Shown piece after piece: positions 1-9,200 of a DNA stretch of 27,272 bases (position 1 is its first letter; each line of letters opens with the position of its first letter). The notes under the pieces are model-generated. The model was not told where the DNA came from. It ran no database searches and saw only the letters and a program-made list of their open reading frames with translations. Position numbers and translations under genes: made by a program. The DNA comes from Candidatus Nitrosoabyssus spongiisocia (GTDB taxonomy: Archaea > Thermoproteota > Nitrososphaeria > Nitrososphaerales > Nitrosopumilaceae), in the NCBI GenBank assembly GCA_033471095.1, contig CP136752.1:1183994-1211265 (forward strand). The letters run 5' to 3'.

Positions 1-1422
1 TTTACTGCAAACTCTACCCTAGACTCATCAGGGAATGATTGTCATGCAACACCACTATCTACAGGCTCTACTGACTTTAATTCTAATGATTTAGTATCTG
101 CACAAATTGGTAATGGACTAAACTTTGATGGAGTAGACAACAACACCGGAGATTATCTTGATCTTCCAGACTTGGAAGGTAGTCTATTCAACAATACAGA
201 CTTTACCATCTCGGCATGGGCAAATATTGATGTCCTTAAAAATTGGGCTAGAATCGTTGATTTTGGCAATGGTCAGGATGATAACAATATTCTAATTGCT
301 GCCCATCGCACTAACCCGCATTTGAGATATGATATGCGACAGGGTACCAGCTCTGATGGTGTCACAGCTAGTGATATTTTGCAGACAGGTCAATGGGCAT
401 ACTTTACAGTTGTACATGAATCATCAGGTACAGCAACTATCTACAAAAATGGCACCTCAATTACTAGTGGTTCTGTGCATACATCTCTTAATGAGAGTAG
501 AGCATCAAACTATATCGGAAGATCCAATTGGGCAAATGATTATTACTTTGATGGCAAATTCGATGAATTCCGACTATCATCTACTGCTCGCTCTGCAGAC
601 TGGATTGCAACAGAGTATGCAAATCAAAACTCACCTTCTACTTTCTTTACTATATCTGCACCTGAAGATAGAAGTGTAGCGATATCTTTTGCTATTACCA
701 ACACACAAGGTGATAACATTATAATTACTTTTAATAAAAACATTATCTATTCGGTTATTCCTACCACTGACTTTACTCTTACTGGTACATCTGCTACAAT
801 AGATAGCATAACATCAAACTCCTCTTCAATTACTCTGAATTTAAGCGGAAATCTCTTGTCAAATGAAATCATCACTATCTCATATACTAAAACTAGTGGT
901 GGAATAAACTCTACTCAAAGTACAGACATAACACTAGAAAACTTTGTGAATCAACCAATCACTAATAATATTCTACCACCTCCAATCTTTGTTAACGCCT
1001 ATACAAACCAGCAAGGTGACATCATTACTGTCAACTTTGATAAAGTAGTCACTCTTACCAATACCACTTCTCCAACTGACTTTGCAGTAAATATTTCAGG
1101 TATTACTACAACTAGTATAACTAGACATAATGACACTGCCATCAATCTAACATTAGACTCTAACATTCTACCTGCATTACCATTAACACTATCATATAAT
1201 CAAACAACTAGTAGTATTACAAACGTAAATGATTTATCACTTGCAAACTTTACAAATCAACCAATCACTAATAATGCTCAAATTATTGATTTACATTCCT
1301 TGTGGGATACTAGACAGAAAATTACTATTAACAGTAACCAAATAGTTACAACTCTTCAAAACTTTACCCTTCTAGTAAGTATCTCTGATTCTACTTTGAA
1401 CAATTCAGTCTGTTCTATCTAA
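1..1422 (+). CDS. Fragment 1 of the giant surface protein: LamG (Laminin_G_3-like) domain, two Ig-like (SbsA/Big_5-like) domains, and the start of a DUF2341-like domain.
   Basis: Frame 1 is open from base 1 (the ORF track starts it at TTG 172). The motifs IVDFGNG, GQWAYFTVVHESSGTATIYKNG and YFDGKFDEFRLSSTARSADWIATEYANQNSP are typical of Laminin_G_3 modules that accompany DUF2341. WDTRQKITINSNQ...NFTLLVSIS begins the DUF2341-type domain. The fragment ends at TAA 1420-1422, downstream of a +1 insertion at about 1408. Confidence 0.8.
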   Translation, partial: FTANSTLDSSGNDCHATPLSTGSTDFNSNDLVSAQIGNGLNFDGVDNNTGDYLDLPDLEGSLFNNTDFTISAWANIDVLKNWARIVDFGNGQDDNNILIAAHRTNPHLRYDMRQGTSSDGVTASDILQTGQWAYFTVVHESSGTATIYKNGTSITSGSVHTSLNESRASNYIGRSNWANDYYFDGKFDEFRLSSTARSADWIATEYANQNSPSTFFTISAPEDRSVAISFAITNTQGDNIIITFNKNIIYSVIPTTDFTLTGTSATIDSITSNSSSITLNLSGNLLSNEIITISYTKTSGGINSTQSTDITLENFVNQPITNNILPPPIFVNAYTNQQGDIITVNFDKVVTLTNTTSPTDFAVNISGITTTSITRHNDTAINLTLDSNILPALPLTLSYNQTTSSITNVNDLSLANFTNQPITNNAQIIDLHSLWDTRQKITINSNQIVTTLQNFTLLVSISDSTLNNSVCSI

Positions 1423-2035
1423 CGGAGCTGATATTATTTTCACTAGCAGTGATGGATTTACTATATTACAGCATGAAATTGAGTCATTCACTAATAATGC
1501 TACTACCGGTACCCTAGTAGCTTGGGTTCGTCTCCCTACTTTGAGCAGTACCAGTGATACCATACTCTATATGTATTATAATGTCTCAATAGCGGCAACT
1601 ATTATACATGATAATGTTTGGGATTCAGACTATGAAATAATTTATCACATGGATCAATCCACTTTTGGTGCAAACTCTACTCTAGACTCATCAGGGAATG
1701 ATTGTCATGCAACACCACTATCTGCAGGCTCTATTGCCTTTGAATCTAATGATTTAGTATCTGCACAAATTGGTAATGGACTAAACTTTGATGGAGTAAA
1801 CAACTCCGACGGAGATTATCTTGATCTTCCAGACTTGGCAGGTAGTCTATTTTTCAATACAGACTTTACCATCTCGATATGGGCAAATATTGATGTCTTT
1901 AAAAGTTGGGCTAGAATCGTTGATTTTGGCAAGGGTCAGGCAGATAACAATATTCTAATTGCTGCCCATGTCACTAACCCGCATTTGAGATATGATATGC
2001 GACAGAATGACAGCTCTGCTGGGTATCACAGCTGA
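1409..2035 (+). CDS. Fragment 2 (frame 2): rest of the DUF2341-like domain plus the N-terminal half of a LamG domain.
   Basis: Frame 2 is open from 1409 (track ORF 1541..2035). SVLSNGADIIFTSSDGFTILQHEIESFTNNATTGTLVAWVRLPTLSSTSDTILYMYYN matches the same module at about 3075-3250 and 4745-4920. It ends at TGA 2033-2035. Confidence 0.75.
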   Translation, partial: SVLSNGADIIFTSSDGFTILQHEIESFTNNATTGTLVAWVRLPTLSSTSDTILYMYYNVSIAATIIHDNVWDSDYEIIYHMDQSTFGANSTLDSSGNDCHATPLSAGSIAFESNDLVSAQIGNGLNFDGVNNSDGDYLDLPDLAGSLFFNTDFTISIWANIDVFKSWARIVDFGKGQADNNILIAAHVTNPHLRYDMRQNDSSAGYHS

Positions 2036-2037
2036 GT

Positions 2038-4998
2038 AATGTTTTGCAGACAGGCCAATGGGCATACTTTACAGTTGTACATGAATCATCAGGTACAGCA
2101 ACTATCTACAACAATGGCGCCTCAATTACTAGTGGTGCTGTACATACATCTCTTAATGAGAGTAGAGCATCAAACTATATCGGAAGATCCAATTGGGCAA
2201 ATGATTATTACTTTGATGGCAAATTCGATGAATTCCGACTATCATCTACTGCTCGCTCTGCAGACTGGATTGCAACAGAGTATGCAAATCAAAACTCACC
2301 TTCTACTTTCTTTACTATATCTGCACCTGAAGATAGAAGTGTAGCGATAACTTCTGCTATTACCAACATACAAGGTGATAACATTATAATTACTTTTAAT
2401 GAAAACATTATCTATTCGGTTATTCCTACTACTGACTTTACTCTTACTGGTACATCTGCTACAATAGATAGTATAACATCAAACTCCTCTTCAATTACTC
2501 TGAATATGAGAGGAAATCTCTTGGCAAATGAAATCATCACTATCTCATATACTAAAACTAGTGGTGGAATAAACTCTACTCAAAGTACAGACATAACACT
2601 AGAAAACTTTGTGAATCAACCAATCACTAATAATGTTCCATTACCTCCAATCTTTGTTAACGCCTATACAAACCAGCAAGGTGACATCATTACTGTTAAC
2701 TTTGATAAAGTAGTCACTCTTACCAATACCACTTCTCCAACTGACTTTGCAGTAAATATTTTAGGTATTGCTACAACTAGTATAACTAGACATAATGACA
2801 CTGCAATCAATCTAACACTAGACTCTAGCATTTCATTCACATCACTCACATCATCATTAACACTATCATATAATCAAACAACTAGTAATATTACAGATGC
2901 AAATAATTTATCACTTGCAAACTTTACAAATCAACCAATCACTATTAATGTTCCATTTTTTGATTTACCTTCCTTGTGGAATACTAGACAGAAAATTACT
3001 ATTAACAGTAACCAAATAACTACAACTCTTCAAAACTTTACCCTTCTAGTAAGTATCTCTGATTCTGCTTTGAACAATTCAGCTGTTCTATATGACGGAG
3101 TCGATATTATTTTCACTAGCAGTGATGGATTTACTATATTAGAGCATGAAATTGAATCATTTACTAATGATGATACTACCGGTACTCTAGTAGCTTGGGT
3201 TCGTCTACCTACTTTGAGCAGTACCAGTGATACCATACTCTACATGTATTATAATGTCTCATCAGCGTCATCTATTGCATATCCTGATGTTTGGGATTCA
3301 GACTATGAAATAATTTATCACATGGATCAATCCACTTTTACTGCAAACTCTACACTAGACTCATCAGGGAATGATTGTCATGCAACACCACTATCTGCAG
3401 GTTCTACTGCCTTTAATTCTAATGATTTAGTATCTGCACAAATTGGTAATGGACTAAACTTTGATGGAGTAGACAACTCCAACGGAGATTATCTTGATCT
3501 TCCAGACTTGGAAGGTAGTCTATTTCACAATACAGACTTTACCCTCTCGGTATGGGTAAATATTGATGCCCTTAATAGTAATTCTAGATTCGTTGATTTT
3601 GGCAATGGTCATGAACAAGACAATATTATATTTACTAACATTAGGCAAATCGAGCGTTTGACATATCAAATACACAATGCTGATAACGTCCAGAGTTTAA
3701 CAACTCCACGTATTTTGAGTCTAGGTCAATGGGCATACCTTACAGTTGTACATGAATCATCAGGTACAGCAACTATTTATCACAATGGCACCTCAGTTGT
3801 TAGTGCTCTGCTTACACTTAATGATGTGAATAGAACATCAAACTATATCGGAAGAGCCAATAATTCAGCTCATCACTACTTTGATGGCAAATTCGATGAA
3901 TTCCGACTATCATCTACTGCTCGCTCTGCAGACTGGATTGCAACAGAGTATGCAAATCAAAACTCACCTTCTACTTTCTTTACTATATCTGCACCTGAAG
4001 ATAGACGTGTGGTGATAACTTCTGCTATTACCAACACACAAGGTGATAACATTATAATTACTTTTAATGAAAACATTATCTATTCGGTTATTCCTACCAC
4101 TGACTTTACTCTTACTGGTACATCTGCTACAATAGATAGTATAACATCAAACTCCTCTTCAATTACTCTGAATTTAAGCGGAAATCTCTTGTCAAATGAA
4201 ATCATCACTATCTCATATACTAAAACTAGTGGTGGAATAAACTCTACTCAAAGTACAGACATAACACTAGAAAACTTTGTGAATCAACCAATCACTAATA
4301 ATGTTCTACCACCTCCAATTTTTGTTAGTGCTTATACAAACCAGCAAGGTGACATCATTACTGTCAACTTTGATAAAGTAGTCACTCTTACCAATACCAC
4401 TTCTCCAACTGACTTTGCAGTAAATATTTTAGGTATTGCTACAACTAGTATAACTAGACATAATGACACTGCAATCAATCTAACACTAGACTCTAGCATT
4501 TCATTCACATCACTCACATCATCATTAACATTATCATATAATCAAACAACTAGTAATATCACAAACGTAAATAAATTATCACTTGCAAACTTTACAAATC
4601 AACCAATCACTATTAATGTTCCATTTTTTGATTTACCTTCCTTGTGGAATACTAGACAGAAAATTACTATTAACAGTAACCAAATAGTTACAACTCTTCA
4701 AAACTTTACCCTTCTAGTAAGTATCTCTGATTCTGCTTTGAGCAATTCATCTGTTCTACCTAACGGTGCTGATATTATTTTCACTAGCAGTGATGGATTT
4801 ACTATATTACAGCATGAAATTGAGTCATTTACTAATAATGCTACTACCGGTACTCTAGTAGCTTGGGTTCGTCTACCTACTTTGAGCAATACCAATGATA
4901 CCATACTCTACATGTATTATAATGTCTCATCAGCGGCAACTATTATACATGATAATGTTTGGGATTCAGACTATGAAATAATTTATCACATGGATTAA
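2038..4998 (+). CDS. Fragment 3 (frame 1): LamG C-terminal half, 2 Ig-like domains, DUF2341-like domain, LamG, 2 Ig-like domains, DUF2341-like domain.
   Basis: Track ORF 2044..4998 (984 aa). There is internal 1668-nt periodicity: the antisense shadow ORFs 2664/4332 and 3030/4698 are exactly 1668 nt apart. The W.TRQKITIN, LVAWVRLP and ILYMYYN motifs mark DUF2341; the DFGNG and FDGKFDEFRLS motifs mark LamG. Confidence 0.85.
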   Translation, partial: NVLQTGQWAYFTVVHESSGTATIYNNGASITSGAVHTSLNESRASNYIGRSNWANDYYFDGKFDEFRLSSTARSADWIATEYANQNSPSTFFTISAPEDRSVAITSAITNIQGDNIIITFNENIIYSVIPTTDFTLTGTSATIDSITSNSSSITLNMRGNLLANEIITISYTKTSGGINSTQSTDITLENFVNQPITNNVPLPPIFVNAYTNQQGDIITVNFDKVVTLTNTTSPTDFAVNILGIATTSITRHNDTAINLTLDSSISFTSLTSSLTLSYNQTTSNITDANNLSLANFTNQPITINVPFFDLPSLWNTRQKITINSNQITTTLQNFTLLVSISDSALNNSAVLYDGVDIIFTSSDGFTILEHEIESFTNDDTTGTLVAWVRLPTLSSTSDTILYMYYNVSSASSIAYPDVWDSDYEIIYHMDQSTFTANSTLDSSGNDCHATPLSAGSTAFNSNDLVSAQIGNGLNFDGVDNSNGDYLDLPDLEGSLFHNTDFTLSVWVNIDALNSNSRFVDFGNGHEQDNIIFTNIRQIERLTYQIHNADNVQSLTTPRILSLGQWAYLTVVHESSGTATIYHNGTSVVSALLTLNDVNRTSNYIGRANNSAHHYFDGKFDEFRLSSTARSADWIATEYANQNSPSTFFTISAPEDRRVVITSAITNTQGDNIIITFNENIIYSVIPTTDFTLTGTSATIDSITSNSSSITLNLSGNLLSNEIITISYTKTSGGINSTQSTDITLENFVNQPITNNVLPPPIFVSAYTNQQGDIITVNFDKVVTLTNTTSPTDFAVNILGIATTSITRHNDTAINLTLDSSISFTSLTSSLTLSYNQTTSNITNVNKLSLANFTNQPITINVPFFDLPSLWNTRQKITINSNQIVTTLQNFTLLVSISDSALSNSSVLPNGADIIFTSSDGFTILQHEIESFTNNATTGTLVAWVRLPTLSNTNDTILYMYYNVSSAATIIHDNVWDSDYEIIYHMD

Positions 4999-6279
4999 TC
5001 CACTTTTACTGCAAACTCTACACTAGACTCATCAGGGAATGATTGTCACGCAACACCACTATCTAAAGGCTCTACTGACTTTAATTCTAATGATTTAGTA
5101 TCTGCACAAATTGGTAATGGACTAAACTTTGATGGAGTAGACGACTCCAACGGAGATTATCTTGATCTTCCAGACTTGGAAGGTAGTCTATTCAACAATA
5201 CAGACTTTACCATCTCGGTCTGGGCAAATGATGATGCCCTTAATTATTTTTCTAGAATCGTTGATTTTGGCAATGGTCATGAACAGGCCAATATTAAATT
5301 TGGTATCTCTAGCGTTTTCAGTATTATGATATATGAAATATACAATGCTGGTAACTCCCAGAGTTTATCAGATCGCGGTGTTTTGAGTTTATCTCAATGG
5401 GTATACTTTACAGTTGTACATGAATCATCAGGTACAGCAACTATCTATAACAATGGCGCCTCACGTACTAGTCGTTCTCTGCCTACATCTGATGATGTGA
5501 ATAGAACATCAAACTATATTGGAAGAACCGATAATCCAGCTCATTCCTACTTTGATGGCAAATTAGATGAATTCCGACTATCCTCTACTGCTCGCTCTGC
5601 AGACTGGATTGCAACAGAGTATGCAAATCAAAACTCTCCCTCTACTTTCTTTACTATATCTGCACCTGAAGATAGACGTGTGGTGATAACTTCTGCTATT
5701 ACCAACACACAAGGTGATAACATTATAATTACTTTTAATAAAAACATTACCTATTCGGTCATTCCTACTACTGACTTTACTCTTACTGGTACATCTGCTA
5801 CAATAGATAGCATAACATCAAACTCCTCTTCAATTACTCTGAATTTAAGCGGAAATCTCTTGGCAAATGTAACCATAACTATTTCATATACTAAAACTAG
5901 TGGTGGAATAAACTCTACTCAAAATACTGACATAACACTAGAAAACTTTGTGAATCAACCTGTAATTAACAACATTTTAGATACTATTCCCCCAGTAATC
6001 ACACTGAATGGTAATAATGTCGTTTATGTAGAACTTGGCTCATCCTACTCTGAGCAAAACGCTACCACTGATGACAACTCTCCAGTAACAATTGGTGGTG
6101 ACACTGTAGATACAAATACTGTAGGCAATTACACCATCACATACAACTCTACTGATTCATCAGGCAATAATGCCACCCAAGTTAATAGAACTGTAATTGT
6201 TCGTGACACTACTGCCCCAGTAATCACACTGAATGGTAATGCTACTGTTTATGTAGAACTTGACTCATTCCTACTCTGA
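4999..6279 (+). CDS. Fragment 4 (frame 1): LamG domain, Ig-like domain, and the first 1.3 DUF5011/HYR-like Ig domains.
   Basis: It is in the same frame as fragment 3 and separated from it only by TAA 4996-4998. Bases 4999-5175 have no stop and encode STFTANSTLDSSGNDCHATPLS..., as at the other module junctions (track ORF 5176..6279). It ends at TGA, just after a T insertion at 6268/6269. Confidence 0.8.
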   Translation, partial: STFTANSTLDSSGNDCHATPLSKGSTDFNSNDLVSAQIGNGLNFDGVDDSNGDYLDLPDLEGSLFNNTDFTISVWANDDALNYFSRIVDFGNGHEQANIKFGISSVFSIMIYEIYNAGNSQSLSDRGVLSLSQWVYFTVVHESSGTATIYNNGASRTSRSLPTSDDVNRTSNYIGRTDNPAHSYFDGKLDEFRLSSTARSADWIATEYANQNSPSTFFTISAPEDRRVVITSAITNTQGDNIIITFNKNITYSVIPTTDFTLTGTSATIDSITSNSSSITLNLSGNLLANVTITISYTKTSGGINSTQNTDITLENFVNQPVINNILDTIPPVITLNGNNVVYVELGSSYSEQNATTDDNSPVTIGGDTVDTNTVGNYTITYNSTDSSGNNATQVNRTVIVRDTTAPVITLNGNATVYVELDSFLL

Positions 6280-9200
6280 GCAAAACGCCACTACTGATGA
6301 TGGTTCTCTAGTAACAATTGGTGGTGACACTGTAAATTCATCTCTCGTGGGAAATTATACCGTCACCTATGACTCTGTTGATTCAGCAGGAAATAATGCC
6401 ACCCAAGTGAATAGGCTTGTAATTGTTAGTGACACTACTCCCCCAGTAATCACACTGAATGGTGCTAGTATAATAACACTAAACACAAACTCTACATATA
6501 TTGAGCAAAACGCCACTACTGATGATGGCTCTCCTATAGTTATTCGTGGTGACACTGTAGATACAGATACTGAAGGCACTTACACCATCACATATCACTC
6601 TACTGATTCAGCAGGAAATAATGCCACCCAAGTTGTTAGAACTGTAATAATTTCTGATGCACCAGATGATACTCCCCCAGTAATCACACTAATTGGTAAT
6701 GCTACTGTTTATGTAGAACTTGACTCATTCCTACTCTGAGCAAAACGCCACTACTGATGATAACTCTCCAGTAACAATTGGTGGTGACACTGTAAATTCA
6801 TCTCTCGTGGGAAATTATACCGTCACCTATGACTCTGTTGATTCAGCAGGAAATAATGCCACCCAAGTGAATAGGCTTGTAATTGTTAGTGACACTATTC
6901 CCCCAGTAATCACACTGAATGGCAATAGTACCATAACACTATTTGTTGGCGCTACATATAATGAGCAAAACGCCACTACTGATGATAACTCTCCAGTAAC
7001 AATTGGTGGTGACACTGTAAATTCATCTCTCAAGGGAAATTATACAGTCACATACAACTCTGTTGATTCAGCAGGAAATAATGCCACCCAAGTTGTTAGA
7101 ACTGTAATAATTTCTGATGCACTAGATGATACTCCACCAGTAATCACACTAATTGGTAATGCTACTGTTTATGTAGAACTTGACTCATCCTACTCTGAGC
7201 AAAACGCCACTACTGATGATGACTCTCCAGTAACAATTGGTGGTGACACTGTAAATTCATCTCTCGTGGGAAATTATACCGTCACCTATGACTCTGTTGA
7301 TTCAGCAGGAAATAATGCCACCCAAGTGAATAGGCTTGTAATTGTTAGTGACACTACTCCACCAGTAATCACACTGAATGGTGCTAGTATAATAACACTA
7401 AACACAAACTCTACATATATTGAGCAAAACGCCACTACTGATGATGGCTCTCCTATAGTTATTCGTGGTGACACTGTAGATACAGATACTGAAGACACTT
7501 ACACCATCACATACCACTCTACTGATTCAGCAGGAAATAATGCCACCCAAGTTGTTAGAACTGTAATAATTTCTGATGCACCAGATGATACTCCCCCCGT
7601 AATCACACTAATTGGTAATGCTACTGTTTATGTAGAACTTGACTCATCCTACTCTGAGCAAAACGCCACTACTGATGATGGTTCTCTAGTAACAATTGGT
7701 GGTGACACTGTAAATTCATCTCTCGTGGGAAATTATACCGTCACCTATGACTCTGTTGATTCAGCAGGAAATAATGCCACCCAAGTGAATAGGCTTGTAA
7801 TTGTTAGTGACACTATTCCCCCAGTAATCACACTGAATGGCAATAGTACCATAACACTATTTGTTGGCGCTACATATAATGAGCAAAACGCCACTACTGA
7901 TGATAACTCTCCAGTAACAATTGGTGGTGACACTGTAAATTCATCTCTCAAGGGAAATTATACAGTCACATACAACTCTGTTGATTCAGCAGGAAATAAT
8001 GCCACCCAAGTTGTTAGAACTGTAATAATTTCTGATGCACTAGATGATACTCCACCAGTAATCACACTAATTGGTAATGCTACTGTTTATGTAGAACTTG
8101 ACTCATCCTACTCTGAGCAAAACGCCACTACTGATGATAACTCTCCAGTAACAATTGGTGGTGACACTGTAAATTCATCTCTCGTGGGAAATTATACCGT
8201 CACCTATGACTCTGTTGATTCAGCAGGAAATAGTGCCACCCAAGTGAATAGGCTTGTAATTGTTAGTGACACTACTCCACCAGTAATCACACTGAATGGT
8301 GCTAGTATAATAACACTAAACACAAACTCTACATATATTGAGCAAAACGCCACTACTGATGATGGCTCTCCTATAGTTATTCGTGGTGACACTGTAGATA
8401 CAGATACTGAAGACACTTACACCATCACATACCACTCTACTGATTCAGCAGGAAATAATGCCACCCAAGTTGTTAGAACTGTAATAATTTCTGATGCACC
8501 AGATGATACTCCCCCCGTAATCACACTAATTGGTAATGCTACTGTTTATGTAGAACTTGACTCATCCTACTCTGAGCAAAACGCCACTACTGATGATGGT
8601 TCTCTAGTAACAATTGGTGGTGACACTGTAAATTCATCTCTCGTGGGAAATTATACCGTCACCTATGACTCTGTTGATTCAGCAGGAAATAATGCCACCC
8701 AAGTGAATAGGCTTGTAATTGTTAGTGACACTATTCCCCCAGTAATCACACTGAATGGCAATAGTACCATAACACTATTTGTTGGCGCTACATATAATGA
8801 GCAAAACGCCACTACTGATGATAACTCTCCAGTAACAATTGGTGGTGACACTGTAAATTCATCTCTCAAGGGAAATTATACAGTCACATACAACTCTGTT
8901 GATTCAGCAGGAAATAATGCCACCCAAGTTGTTAGAACTGTAATAATTTCTGATGCACTAGATGATACTCCACCAGTAATCACACTAATTGGTAATGCTA
9001 CTGTTTATGTAGAACTTGACTCATCCTACTCTGAGCAAAACGCCACTACTGATGATAACTCTCCAGTAACAATTGGTGGTGACACTGTAAATTCATCTCT
9101 CGTGGGAAATTATACCGTCACCTATGACTCTGTTGATTCAGCAGGAAATAATGCCACCCAAGTGAATAGGCTTGTAATTGTTAGTGACACTACTCCCCCA

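Larger units (their letters stand above)
1..5979 (+). repeat. Tandem repeat of a module about 1668 bp long (about 3.6 copies) encoding LamG + 2 Ig-like + DUF2341-like domains.
   Basis: The module junction TTT(ACT/GGT)GCAAACTCTAC...GACTCATCAGGGAATGATTGTCA recurs at 1, 1664, 3337 and 5005. The spacings are 1663, 1673 and 1668 nt; the deviations from 1668 correspond to the frameshifting indels. Confidence 0.9.

Noticed and set aside
329-2344. Plus-strand alternative-frame ORFs 329..679 and 2039..2344 inside the LamG regions.
   Set aside because: They are out-of-frame overlaps of clearly domain-encoding sequence. Their translation (e.g. ...GHTLQLYMNHQVQQLST...) has no recognisable features and exists in two copies only because the module is repeated.
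4996-6739. Programmed recoding (stop readthrough at TAA 4996, +1 frameshifting at the CATTCC sites).
   Set aside because: No known recoding signal is present (no slippery heptamer or downstream structure). Nine paralogous units lack the extra T. Mutation or assembly error is the simpler explanation.
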